From positions 682,001 to 746,000 of the forward strand of contig CDLV01000012.1 of assembly GCA_001244265.2 (NCBI GenBank): 64,000 bases of DNA, given 5' to 3'. Source of the stretch: Microbotryum violaceum (lineage: Eukaryota). The position numbers and the translations under genes are program-made. Of the stretch, positions 37,425-50,001 are shown piece after piece. Each line of letters starts with the position of its first letter. Positions within the stretch are counted from its first letter, which is position 1. The notes below the pieces were generated by a model, which was given only the letters and a program-made list of their open reading frames with translations, ran no database searches and had not been told where the DNA came from.

Positions 37425-38822
37425 TTAGGCGGCTGCTCGCATCGCTCGTCGCTGCTTTCCGGTCTGCGCGACGAAACCGGTCTTGATGGACTGCACTGAT
37501 CGTTCCGAGTTACACGACTCGCACTTGATGAAGAAGAGTCGTTCTCGCTTGGTCAAGACCGTGTCGGGTGACTTGCATGTCTTGCACGTCACGTATTCGA
37601 GGATGTACCGACGCAGGACGTTCTCGATTTGCTCTGTGCGCCGACCGAACGAAAAGGTATGAATGAGTACGGGTCAGCATTCTTGCGAGCCTATCATCGC
37701 ATGCAGAGAAAGCACTCACTCTGCTGGAAGCGTCCCTTGATGACCAATCGCCCTGCACCATCGACGGAACCGTTCGTACCCAATTCGGCAAACAGGAACT
37801 GGATCACGTGCTCGGGCTGACGGTGCATGCGCTTGCAAATGTCGGCGACGTTGGCAAAGATGGATCGCTTGTTGCCTTCTCGGAACAGTTGCGGCGGCGG
37901 GATCGTGTACTTTTTCTTGCCCGCCGCTCCCGACAGCGAAGGGTGCGAGGCATACAGCAGTTGATAGAATCGACCGAGGAGCTGGCGGTGGGCAAAGATG
38001 GCTCAGGCACAAGCTTCAGTCAGTGCACGCGTACACGAAAGGTACACCCGCATTCGAAAGAGCCCTCACCTCGGTGTAGGTGTAGTCACGATCCTCCTTG
38101 AGCCATGCCTTTGCAACGGCCGCGGCTTCGGCCTTGGACTGGGGCGCATCCTCTCCCCCCTCTCCGGCGCCGAACGGGTCGTCACCTTCCGGTACGGGCT
38201 CGTCGTCATCGTCGTCGCCGTCGATCTCCTCGCCATCGCTGCCCAACGGCGTCGACGTCTTGCTCGAGTCCTTGAGGATCGATTTTTTGGGTGCGGGCGC
38301 GACTTCCCCTGCGGCCTCGGTCTCGGCCAGCTCCTTCTCGAACGCCTCGAGGTCAAAGTTGGCCTTCTTGGTGCCCTTTTTCTTCTTCTTCTTCAAATCC
38401 GCAAACTCGTCCAGCCCGTCGCCGCCCGAGACAGCCGACGACGACGTGGCGGCGGCTTCCTCGGCGGTTGGTTCCTCAATGATCTCGTTGCCGAGAGCGT
38501 CGACCTTGCGAGCGGTCGGGCCCGAAGCGGTGGCGGCGTCATCTTCGTCGTCCGAGGCGATTCGCACCGACTTCTTCTTCTTCTTCTTAAGGTTGGAGAA
38601 GTCGAGCTCGCCCGCATCGGCGACGTCTGCAGCGGGGGCCGGTGTAGGTTCGTTGTCGACGACGGGGGAGGGGACAGCGGCGGCAGCGGGCTCTTCGACA
38701 GGAGCTGCCGAAGCGGTGGGGGCATCGAGTTCGAGCTCGTCAAAGTTGACCTTTTTGGAGGACTTTTTCTTCTTCTTCATGCCGGCAAAGAGATCGTCGG
38801 TCGTGTTGGATGGGTCTGCCAT
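37425..38822 (-). CDS. SUI3: Translation initiation factor eIF2 beta subunit
   Basis: Three poly-Lys boxes, [37 protein letters not shown]...CESC zinc finger. Confidence 0.97.
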
Positions 38823-39514
38823 GATGGGCGACGTGCGGATTGGAAGCGGGTTGAGGATTGACCAGAGCTGAGCGGCCTGCGGAGGGTCAGAAAAGGAAAC
38901 GAGATGCAACACATGGATCAGCAATTGATACCGAGCAGGGATCACGCATGAGTTGGTGTAGTCGAGTCGGGCTATCGAGGAAGTGGCATCGCAGGCAAAA
39001 CGACACGCGAGCTGGGTGATGGTCGACCTAAGTAACGGCAGTGCTTTGTAGGGAAGCATCGGGCTTGATCCTCGTTCCATCCAAGCAGGAATGTAGTCGT
39101 GCTGTAGTTGAACGCGATTCGGGACCGGCCGCTGCGTCATACGAGACACGGTGATGATCGCACCAAAGCACCATAAATCGTCGAAGGGCCATGTACGCGA
39201 CCCTCATGTACAAAGAGCGCATTGTCGTTCGATCGAGAGGTGGCTAAGCTTACCTCGCAGCTGTCGTGTAGTCGAAGCGTAGGTAGCTTCGCTGTCGGGG
39301 GGGCGGGGCACAGAAAGAGGTAAGCCTGAGCCGGCAGCAGCAGCCACACTGGCGCGGGGCCTTTTTCGTCCGAGTCATGCGGGAGCTCGCGCACGGACCT
39401 CTACGGCGCGCCGTTCCAAGTTCGCACTCGCTTCCAAGGCGTCCTTATCGCTTTGGTCATCATTCCTGCCGCTTCCCGGCGACCACCCCTCATCCCGTAA
39501 CGGAGCTGGTGGAT

Positions 39515-41109
39515 ATGTCGCCCGAGCCAGCGATCGGAGACCAGGTCGTAGTCCCCAGTGCAGGAGCAGGCCCGATCGTCAAGGAGCTCGCCGCCGGCAC
39601 TATCGCAGGTTGGGCCCGTGAGTCTTGTCAGCCGTGCCCGCAACAGCAGCCAGTACAGCACCTTTCTATGCTTCTCCGGGATCAGTCGATAGAGCTGAAA
39701 TGAATGCTTCGCGGGTGATCAGAGGTCATGACGGGTCAACCTGTATGTTTACGCCCCCATCTCCCTCGCGCGATAGGCGGCTCATAAACTTCTCGCTTCG
39801 CTTTCCTAGTTTGACATTGTCAAGGTGCGATTACAGTCCGGCACGCAGTACTCGGGTGCTTTGGAATGTGCCACTCGTATCCTCAAAGATGAGGGTGCCC
39901 TCGCATTCTACAAAGGTTAGGGAGACATTGGCGGAATTCTGAGTCGGTCAAAACCGTGCTGAATTTGCACTCGGTCACTCCTGCCCGTCGACCATTGTCC
40001 ACAGGCACGTTGATGCCATTGGTTGGTATCGGCGCGTGTGTTTCACTTCAGTTCGCGTGTCTACAGGCCGGGAAACGATTTTTTGCGTACGTTCTCACTG
40101 CATACGCGCCGAGCGGCGAACTGGCCCTTGCTGCCTGATCGGCGGCCACGTCAACTTTGCGCTCTGCTCTAACAAAACGCGCAATCCTTCACAAAAGCTC
40201 ACGAAACGTCGGCAAAGTCAACCCAAGCTTGTCACTCGGACAACTGTACTTGGCCGGCGCGTTCGCAGGAGTCGGCAACTCGATCGCTTCGACGCCGGTC
40301 GAACACATCCGTATCCGCCTGCAGACACAGACAACGGCGCTCTACTCGGGCCCCGTTGATGCAATCAGCAAGATCTACCGAACTGACGGGTGATTACAAA
40401 CCAGGATACTGCGCGTGAATTCACGCCATTTGTACTAACGCAGGGCACTTGGGCAGTATTCGAGGGATCTACAAGGGCCAGGGTATTACTTTGCTGCGCG
40501 AGTTCCACGGATACGGCGCCTACTTCCTCGGCTACGAAGCTTTCGTCGAGTACCAATTGCGGTCCAAGAATTTGACCCGCAAGGAGCTGCCGATGGCGAG
40601 CGCCGCGCTGGGGGGTGTGGCGGCAGGTTACGCGATGTGGTTCACGTAGGCTTTCTTTTGAGATCTTCGGCGCCTTGAAGGCACACGATCCTCTGATGCG
40701 TGCGACACATCCTTTCCCTCCAGGACTTACCCGATCGATGTCATCAAGTCGTGCATCCAGACCGATGGCTTTGCCTCTGAAGTCGGGACATCTGCCAAAA
40801 AATACAATGGGTCATGGGATTGCGCGAAGCAGCTTTACAGGGAAGCGGGGCTCAAGGCATTCACCAAGGGCTTGACACCGACATTAATTCGGTAGGTCCG
40901 CTCCCAACATTTCTTCTTTCCTTTTCCGAAGGGTCGAGCTGAACTCACCCGAATGATCTGGCAGTTCCCCCGTCGTCAATGGTCAGCCCCTGTCCCTGGT
41001 CGGATCATCGCTAGCGAGAGTACACGCATCTGACGCCGGCCAACTCTTGCACTTTCTTACAGGCGTCACTTTCTTGGTGTTCGAGCAAGTAATGCAGGTT
41101 ATTGGATAG
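39515..41109 (+). CDS. Mitochondrial carrier (SLC25, YMC1/carnitine-carrier-like)
   Basis: Three signature motifs: QPFDIVKVRLQ, TPVEHIRIRLQ, YPIDVIKSCIQ; also GTLMPLVGIGACVSLQF. Confidence 0.92.
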
Positions 41110-41691
41110 AAGAGGTAGTGGGCGGGATGGCGAGGTGGGGCTTGCCGAGCTATGATATCGTCTGCTCTATGAGGGGGGGGGAGGAGCGGAGAATGTTCGT
41201 CCGGGTCAGAGTTATACCAATAGGATTATTTGTCGTTCGCTAGAGAAGGATAGCCATTTTTTGATGTGATGTGCAACTCGCCTGTCTTGTATTGGATCTG
41301 CCCCGCGGCCTTTCTCGGCCATTTTCTCGCTTAAATGTGAAGCGCGGATCCGAGAGTGGTGTCAGTCCCGACTCCGCTCGGCAATGTGGAGCGACGAGTG
41401 GAGGCTTTAAACTTGCGAAGTAACGCGCGCTCAACTTACTTCGCATCCCTCGCTTCCGTACACACAACTACGCATTCCTCCATCCACTACCAGGGGCACA
41501 GGGACACCCGATCAAACTGTGCCCCTGTCAGTGACCAATTCCAAACGTCGGACCGAGCTCATCACCCCCAAGAAGCGAGCTGCAGCTGGCCGTTCGGAAT
41601 CCCGTCTTCCACCCGTCCACGCTCGGCCGAGCCCCTCCGTTGCGGGTTGCGATCGCGCATCTCCTCGGGCCGTCGCGACTCGTCTCGAATC

Positions 41692-43709
41692 ATGGCCTTG
41701 AATCACGCCGTGGGAGGTACACATGTGGATTATGATGATGCACCCATTCTGAGCCTCGATTCGTCGTCGATGCGAGTGCCTGGGTCACCCTCGGCAAGCG
41801 ATGGCGGCCACACGCCGGTGACGGAAGTGGCGGCGGCCGTACCGGTCGACCACGACAACGACCCTCGGGTCGATCAAATTGCAACATCCGTAACTCTCAC
41901 ACCAACCCTAATCGAGGACTATACAATATGGAGCAAAATAAAAGTTCGGTTGATCTGCATCACTGTCGCCTTTGCTGGTCTCTTCTCTCCGCTCTCGTCC
42001 AACAGCTACTTCCCTGCTCTGCCGACGATCGCCGCGTCGCTTTAGGTGTCCATCAGCAAGGTCAATCTAACCGTGACGATGTTCATGATCTTTCAAGGTC
42101 TCAGCCCTACACTGTGGGCCGCAGTAGGGGACTTCATGGGAAGGAGATCTGTGTACATCGCAACCACAACCCTGTGAGTCGCGTTGGAGAAGAAACGGAG
42201 CAAATTTTCAGCGTCTCAGCTTCTCCCGAAGGCGAGAGGAAGCTAGCTCACCTCGCTCCACACCTCTCTCCGTTCGGTCTTGCGCAGCTATATCTATTCC
42301 AATGTAGGTCTCAGCTTTACCTACCACTACTGGCTGCTGCTCCTCTTGCGTTGCGTGCAGTCGACGGGGTCCGCGTCGGTGGTCGCCCTCGGCTCCGGCA
42401 CGATCGGGGATCTGATTCCTCCGGCCCGACGGGGCGGGTGGATGTCGATCTACAACATCTTTACCATGATCTGACCTTCGATTGGTCCCGTAATCGGCGT
42501 CCTGCTCGCCAACTCGTTCGACTGGCACGCCATTTTTTACTTTCTGGGCCGTGTTCAGCGCCGTCGTCCTCGTCTTGCTCGTCGTCGTGCTTCCCGAGAC
42601 GTTGCGCTCGCTCGTGGGCAACGGCTCGATACCGGCGCGTGGCATCAACAGGTCATGGATTTCAACGATGCAGGAGTGAAAAATTTAAGCCATTACGAAT
42701 GACTCTTCCTCGACCCTCGATCACAATGCGGCGCGGACGCACGCCAAGCCCAAAACCTGGCGCGACATTGACCTTCTCGCCTCGGTTAAGATCATCGCCA
42801 ACGTCGACGTCTTGTGCCTGCTCACCTTCAACTCGATCGTGTACGGTGTATTTTACATGGTCATCACCAGTACTTCGACTATATTTGAGCTCAACTATGG
42901 GCTCTCGGAAGCACAAATCGGGGTGAGTCAGGTCATCATTTTTCACGATCGCGGCCGAACTCCGATTTCAGGTGCAAACGCTAACTCCCGGCTTCTTCTC
43001 GTCGTGCTCAGTTGTGCTATCTGGCGAACGGATGTAAGGCACATACCGACCTTGATCAAAAGTCTGAACGGGTTGACCGAGTCATACTCTAACAGGCGGG
43101 ATGGTTGCCGGAGCGATGATCAACGGTCCGGCTTTGAATCGAGCATACGCCGCGACAAAGCGTGCCCACGACGAGCGGCTACGGGCCAGTGGCATCAAGG
43201 TGCCCGACGTCATCGATCGAAGCGATCTTGGCGTTTTCCCCATCGAACGTGCGCGTTTAAAATCGCTCCCCGGGTCGGTCGCGATTTTCGTCGTCTGCTC
43301 GATCTCGTACGGCTGGTCCCTCCAGCGGATCTGGCCCCTCGCCGTACCCCTAGTCCTGCAATTCTTCATCGGAACGGCCACAATGATCCAATTCAACGCG
43401 ATCACGACGCTCCTCGTCGACCTGTATCCTTTGGCCTCGGCTTCGGCTACGGCATCGAATAATCTGATCCGGTGCCTCGTCGGCGCCGCCGCCACCGCGA
43501 TCGTTAACCCTATGATTCAAGCGATCGGTTCGGGCTGGGCCTTCACCACGGCGGGATTGGTGATCGTTTCAGTGACCCCTCTTTTGTGGGTGGAATGGGA
43601 ATACGGCCAGCGTTTCCGTTCGAGACGACGCGCACGATTGAATGACAAGATTATGGCTCGCGAAGAGCAGAAGAGAAAGGAGCCGGAGGAAAGAAAAGCG
43701 GAACCGTGA
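41692..43709 (+). pseudogene. MFS DHA1/QDR-type drug transporter pseudogene
   Basis: FSPLSSNSYFPALP, MIFQGLSP, GRRSVY, PETLRSLVGNGS, FPIERARL, ASATASNNLIRC; in-frame stops at 42043, 42472, 42677 and 42686 plus a +1 frameshift near 42547. Confidence 0.88.
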
Positions 43710-43976
43710 GCGCTCGCTGCGCGCAATGCATGTAAAATATGTCTAGCCTGTCGCATGCTCGCATCCTGCACCTGGTGGGACTGTATCCTTGGATACTTGG
43801 TGTGGGAGGGAACGCACGATTGAATGCAAAATCAAAATGAAGTCAAGACAAAACGCGAGCGACTAGTGAGAGGGAGAGTGGGGCTACAACAATAAATAAA
43901 CGGCAGTGAAAAGACTGTTTGCACCTAGGTCCGGGATTACTATAAATACAGCGAGACAGGGACGACGACTACTCTT

Positions 43977-46310
43977 TTAGAAATCGCCATGGTAGTGACC
44001 AACTTCGGTCCGGCGAGTTGGAGACTGGCCGAGCGAGGTCGAGTGCCAGCGGTCGGCGTTCCTTTTGAGAAGGGTCGGAGAGGGAGCGAGTCAGCTTTAG
44101 GTTGTGGCGCAAGCGTTGTCCACGCCCGATCGGGCACACTCACCTCCGGAGCTCGAGCGTCACAACTTCGAGGTTCAAGCCCATCGCATGGGCGATATGG
44201 TCCCCGATGTCGGTGTTCTCATGGTTACCGGCGATTCCACTGGCGTTGTGACCGTACGCGTACAGATTCACGTCGACGCCCGAATGGCCCGCCGTACTCC
44301 AGCCGACCTGAGCCCTGCGACTGATCGCATCGGCCAGCAGTCGATTCGCCCGATACGCATCGGTTTGAACGGCGTACACAGCCGCAACTTCGTCTTCGGT
44401 CGCATCCGAGACGCCGACTTGCTCCAACAATTCGCGCACGAACTGTCGGGTCGGGGACGCCGTCTTGGCCAGCAGGGATCCCAGGTAGGACGACGAGTGG
44501 GTCGCGTTCGTGAGGGCGTCGGGATACCAAGCGTACTGTGTGAGGGGCCAAACGAGTTCCGTTAGCAATGGAGACTCAGGGTTGGGTGCGGTCTCAAGCC
44601 ACGTAGCACTGCTCGTACCTCGGGGTAAGCCGTGCCCAACTGCCGCCCCAAAGCCAATCCACCCGTCTCGTGGTCCGAGATCGAGATCAGCAAGGTCGGA
44701 GTATCGTCGTTGGCTTGCTTGACCCACTCCTTCACGAATTGGACTGTCTCGAGGTAAGCGAGCATGTCCGAGACGTGGCCGACCGGATCATTGTTGTGGG
44801 CGGCCATGTCGATGCGCGCACCCTCGATCATCAGGAAGAACCCTTTGGTGTCCTGGTTCGCGAGATACCGCAAAGCGTGCGTCGTCCTGCGGCGAAGGAG
44901 CCCTCGTTAAGTAGTGTTAGCGCGAGGTCACCGGGATGCGGACTCGCGGCGCGCTTACATTTCTTTGAGGCTCGGCTGTTCGTCTGCGAGCACGTCGATT
45001 TGCTGCCGATCGATCTCGTACTCCATATGCTGCAAGCAAAATCCCGCACCTGATCAGCTGGTGTCTATCGCCGCCCCGGCCAAACATGACTACTCACATC
45101 GTGCGAGAAGAGGCCGAGGACGGGGCTGCCATCGTGGTTGCTCTCGTCGTGCCAATTCCGCAAGGCCTTGATCCCGTCCAAGACTGTATAGCCATTCTGC
45201 TGCGCCATTGCCAGCATGTCCTGGCCATCGGTCCGACAGGACGCTGTACCGGTCGAGTTGGGCCTCATGAAGCACATCCCTCCTCCGAGCGCGATATCAA
45301 CAACCTGCCCCTGGGGGCCCTTGCCGACCAAGAAGGCCGCGATCTCGCTCTCGAGATCCCGGTCGACGACGTGGGCGTAGAACGAAGCCGGGGTCGCGTG
45401 GGTGATGCGAGAGGTCGTGACGAGGCCCGTAGCGAAGCCTTGGCGCTTGGCTGCTTCGAGGACGGTGCCACACGGCTCCTGTTGGCTCGGCTCGACGCCA
45501 ATTGCTCCGTTGTACGTCTTAATCGCGCAGGCGAAAGCGGTCGCTCCAGCGGCCGAGTCCGTGATGAGCGATGAGGATGATCGCGTGCGAGAGGAACCAA
45601 CGAGGATCTCGTCGAGCGGCGTCATGCCGTATCGTGGGGTTTTAAACCCGGCGGCGAGGGCGGCCCAAATCGAGGTGTTGAGCGCGTTCGACGGCGCAGC
45701 ACTGGATGATGATGACGTGACGATCGCATCCGACAGATGTTGCAGGTACGTGCGAGCCATCGACGCCGACGCTGGACCCATACCGTCGGAGATCATGAGG
45801 ATGACGTTCATCTTGGGGCCCGAGTGCCCGAAACGAGTGCCGAGCGTGAGGAGCGCGGTCGCGGTCCACGCGATCAAGAGCAACGAGAGTAGTCCCGCAA
45901 CGACGATAAGCCACCTCGATGCTCCCTGCCCAGGACGTGGGTTCAAGACCCGGGCCGCAATGTCTGCACGTGTCGGAACGATGATCCGCGACCTGCCACT
46001 CGCCCCGCGCGACGTCACCGGCTCGGGCAGCTTCTCATCGTAGTGCGATGCCTCGGTCGAACCAAGCTCGTGATCGGCGTCGTCCGAACCGTGCAAGAGT
46101 TGTTCCGTCGGTAATGAATCGACGGAAGCGTTCTCCTGCGCCACGAACGAGGCAAGCTCGTCAGCAGCCACAATCAACTCACCATGCAGTCGAGGACTGA
46201 TGGCAGTGGGCGGGCGCCAGCGGCAGAGCACAGCCCGAGGAAGGAGGCTTCGAGCTACGTACCTCGTCGAGGACGAACTGTATGTCGTCCTTCAAAGTAT
46301 CCACCGTCAT
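43977..46310 (-). CDS. PHO8: Membrane-anchored (vacuolar-type) alkaline phosphatase
   Basis: TM anchor; NVILMISDGMG, TDSAAGATAF, SRITHATPA, FFLMIEGARIDMAAHNND, SDHETGG, GHSGVDV. Confidence 0.95.
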
Positions 46311-46928
46311 TGATGCCCGCGTAGGCTGCGCCGGGTGAGAGAAAGACCACGCGACTCAACTTGCCAACGGCGTGTAACCGCCTCGCACGGACCGTCTCGG
46401 ACCGTGCCACTCGGGCGCTGGGTCAGACTCTTTTGAGTCGACAGCCGCTGAGGAAGCAGATTCCGCTGCCAACCCAGACCACCGAGAGTTGTGAAGAGAA
46501 AAGCGCAAAAGCTTGCCTAGCGAAGTTGACTGCCCAAGACGTTGCTTCTTCGTTGCAGCAATTTCCGAATCGATGAGACAGAGATCGGAGTTGTGCAGGA
46601 GCTTCGAGTATGATTTGCAAAAGCAATGTAGTGACTACGAAGCTAACCGACTGCAGCGTGGTGAAACACGAAGCCGAGTACGTCTAAATCCTGAGGAGCA
46701 AAGAATATGATACAAGTAGGTGGCAGATTATAGAGTTCGGAGGTCGGAGGTCTGAGGGCAAGCCCAAGCAAGTGCCGAAACGGAACGGATCGAGACGGGA
46801 AGCCTCGCGAGTATGTACAGCGAAGTAAACAAGGGTGGGAAATGTCCATGATGGGGGAGCATCAGTGCTCGTGTATGTGTAGGCTACAAGTCGAGGAAGA
46901 AAAGAATCTATGGCGCCTTTTCGGCCTT

Positions 46929-48133
46929 TCAAACGCAAGTGGGTTGGCCGTTGACCGTTCCAGGCGAGGAGCCTCGTGGGCACGCTACGGAGAGTACAGG
47001 CAGATTTGTCGTGGTCAGCCATCTTGCCGATCGGAACAAGATATTCCGGGCCGCGAAGGGAACGTACTGAGACTGCACTGTCCGTAACGGCAACCCGCGG
47101 GGAAGAAGCCGTTGTAAGAGCGAGGACACACAACCCCTTCCTGCAAAAGATGAAAGTAGATACAAGGGATGCACCGTATGGATCAGGAACGGTTCAAACG
47201 GCCTGTCGCGCTGAGCTAAACTCTGCGGAGCACGTCCGAGGACATAAAGTTCCACTCACGCTTCCACAGTTGTTGGGGTCAGAGCCAAAGCTGAGGCACG
47301 AAGTGCCCGATCGGCTCTTGGTGTAGCCACGAGTGAGGCAAGTAAGAGTGCAGGTGCCGTTGGAGCAACCGCTGAGACCGTTCGGGTCTTGGGCGCACGC
47401 GACGTTGTCGCATGTCTCGACGTTTCTGATGCAAAACACGTTGCGGTCGTTGCTCTGTTGCGTGTAGCCGGAAGGACAGGAGATGGTGCAGACTTGGTTG
47501 CACGAGGCCGTGGCGATGGAGGGGTAGGCAACTTTGCCAACGTAAAATGTGCGGCAGAACTCATCGGCGTTGGCCTGACCGCCAACTGTGAATGACAACA
47601 TACGTCGAGCACTCTGCAGGTCAGTGCGGGCACTTGGCGAGCCGATAAACGTGCAAAAGAAAAAGGGAAGATAACGAACCTCGGTTGGGGAAGCACCTCA
47701 TCCTGGGGAGACGGCGCTTGGACAGGGTTGACGCGGAAGTCTCGAAGCTGCGGCGATGGACGCCGAGAGCAGAGTATGCCTCCTCGATGTTGCGCCTGGC
47801 GAGATCATCCTCCGCCAGCTCGGACAGGCCACTTGCGTTCCTGCGAGCGGATCGCTTGGCCCTGGACTTGGCCAAAGCAATACGGAGGGCGGCCTGGCGT
47901 TGCAGCTCGCGCTTATCAAGGCTATAGGGCTGTGCGCCGGAGGATGAGAACGCGTCTGCAGAAGCGGCGTGCGCAGTTAGAGCAGGGCAGAAGTCAGTTA
48001 CTGCAGCCACCCATCATGATACCTGTGAACTACTACAACGAGCCGACACACGACCGAGGAACCTACTGGGAAGGGCAGCCGCAAAGATCGGAGCCGCGAG
48101 GACAGCCGCGGAAAAGAGGTTCAAGAGCAGCAT
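46929..48133 (-). CDS. Secreted cysteine-rich prepro-protein (DPNNCG motif; PriA/Stig1-like)
   Basis: Signal peptide MLLLNLFSAAVLAAPIFAAALP; dibasic-rich pro-region; Cys-rich mature part ending CPRGSSPGTVNGQPTCV*. Confidence 0.75.
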
Positions 48134-50001
48134 ATCGCGATCGTCGAGGGAGATTCAGAGGGGGTTGATGAGCGAGACGGAGAGCTTTCAGTCGCGTCGA
48201 GTCGAAAAAAAATCGATTCGAACTGGTCGAGGACGGAAGTGGTGGGATGAACGGGAAGGTGGTTTGGCAAGAGTATGGGAAAAGGAAGAGAAGGGACGCC
48301 CACGGTCTAAGGGGAGAATGGATCACACCCAAGAGCTTGGCGGCCAAAGCCGGGCCGTCACCCAGATCTCACCCCTGGAGCGAGAAGACGCGAGCGCGCT
48401 GAGCGAGTCCATCCCCGGATCGGTAGGGAGCATCATCGACCACTGACGCGCTGTGGGCATTTTGCACAATTGGCTTTCAGTTTTTGGCATTGTTCCACGA
48501 CCCAGCGGATGATTGGGGCGTGTGTACAGTTCCTGAGCCTCCAAGGGGGCATTTGTGGGCGTGTAAAATCGGGCACCGAAGCGGAAGTGCTGGCAGGCGA
48601 AACTTCCGATCGCGAGCCAGCTATTTGGGGCTCGCAGTCGGACCATCACATGCATCACACGCAAAGTTGGTGCTGCCACAGGGCTTTCACGGAATGACAG
48701 TGATCGTCCGCGTCCGGAACGCGGAGGGACTCCCTAATAATAAACCCTTGGCGGGAAGACGTCTGATGGAGAAGACCCCCGCTTTCCGAGCCCCCGGTAG
48801 AGTGAGTGGGAGTGATGCCGAAGATGCGAAGATGCGAATGATTGCCACAACCGCGCACAACCGTAATGATAAGCGGCTCCGCGCGCCTTCGACGACACCG
48901 AAAGCGGAAGGCGGCCACGCGCGACAAATCCAGCCGCCTTTAGAATCCGCGTGCTCGCCGCTAGCAGTGAGTCGACGCTGTCAAGTTCCAAGTTAGTACC
49001 CCCGCCGTCGCGCCAGGCATGAAGTTCTCTACCCATCATTCGTACCTGGATGGGTACAAACCCAATACAGGTAGTTGATTGGGAACGGTTGCTTACGTTC
49101 CTAACTGGTGTTCGGGAAAGGTTTCATGGTACGTTTACATACTAAGCGCGGCGCATTTTTTCTTGAATGCTTGCAGTGCTTACGTTCAGACTTAGGTGGC
49201 GAAAGTGGTTAGTAGAGCCTCGTCTGATCTTCTGAGAGCTTTCCAAGGGTCGCATTATGCAGGTGACTGTCTCACTGCTGCACGGTGCAGCAGCGTTGAG
49301 TGCGGCGGTGGTTCATTCGGACAAGGATCTAGGGGCAAAGTCATCCTGCTTGGCCTCCACACTACGTTTGACGCCCGAATTTCAATGTGGTCAACCCGAA
49401 ATGTGATGGTCACCTCTGCCTGTCCTAAGATTCCTACTTGTTTGGAAGTCAAGGATGGTCACATTTACCCACTCAAAAAACCTGCGGAGTCCGGGGAGTA
49501 TTCTAGACAAGCAGCCTACACGGCGTGTCGGCCGGTGGGCGCCCGGGCTGAAACACATTTCTGCCTCCGATGGTTAACGGATTGCATGATCGTGAAAGCA
49601 GGTGTGCAGGTAGCTACGAGATCAGGTACCGCTGCAACGTAAACAAAATAAAACATGGGAGGGTGGTGAACCGAAATACCAATGGGATGGGGGAACCCTT
49701 ACCCAGGGTTCAGGTAGATCGAGGATTGCATGGGTGCTAATCGCGATGTGATAGAGGACTGTTCTCAGCTGCCTGTTCTGCGCGCTTCTGCCGTATGCGG
49801 CGTTCGCCAGTCGTCCGATTTCGGGTACCTGGGCTCGCTCTCTCGCTCTCTCTTCCGGAGATCTGCGGATCTTTTGGTTTCGATCACATCGGAGGAAGAG
49901 CTAGCCAGATGGTACCTGCCAAGAGGATCCATCTCGTACGAGCGTCGACTTCGCCTATTACCTGTCGGGTCCGAAACACGCCACTATCTCCTAGCTCCGA
50001 C

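Noticed and set aside
38098-38871. Long antisense ORFs over real genes (also 32980-34053 and 45402-46043)
   Set aside because: Shadow ORFs of GC-rich coding sequence with no domain motifs
42043-42688. Stop-codon reassignment or readthrough in the MFS gene
   Set aside because: All three stop types plus a frameshift; neighbouring genes terminate normally at TAA, TAG and TGA
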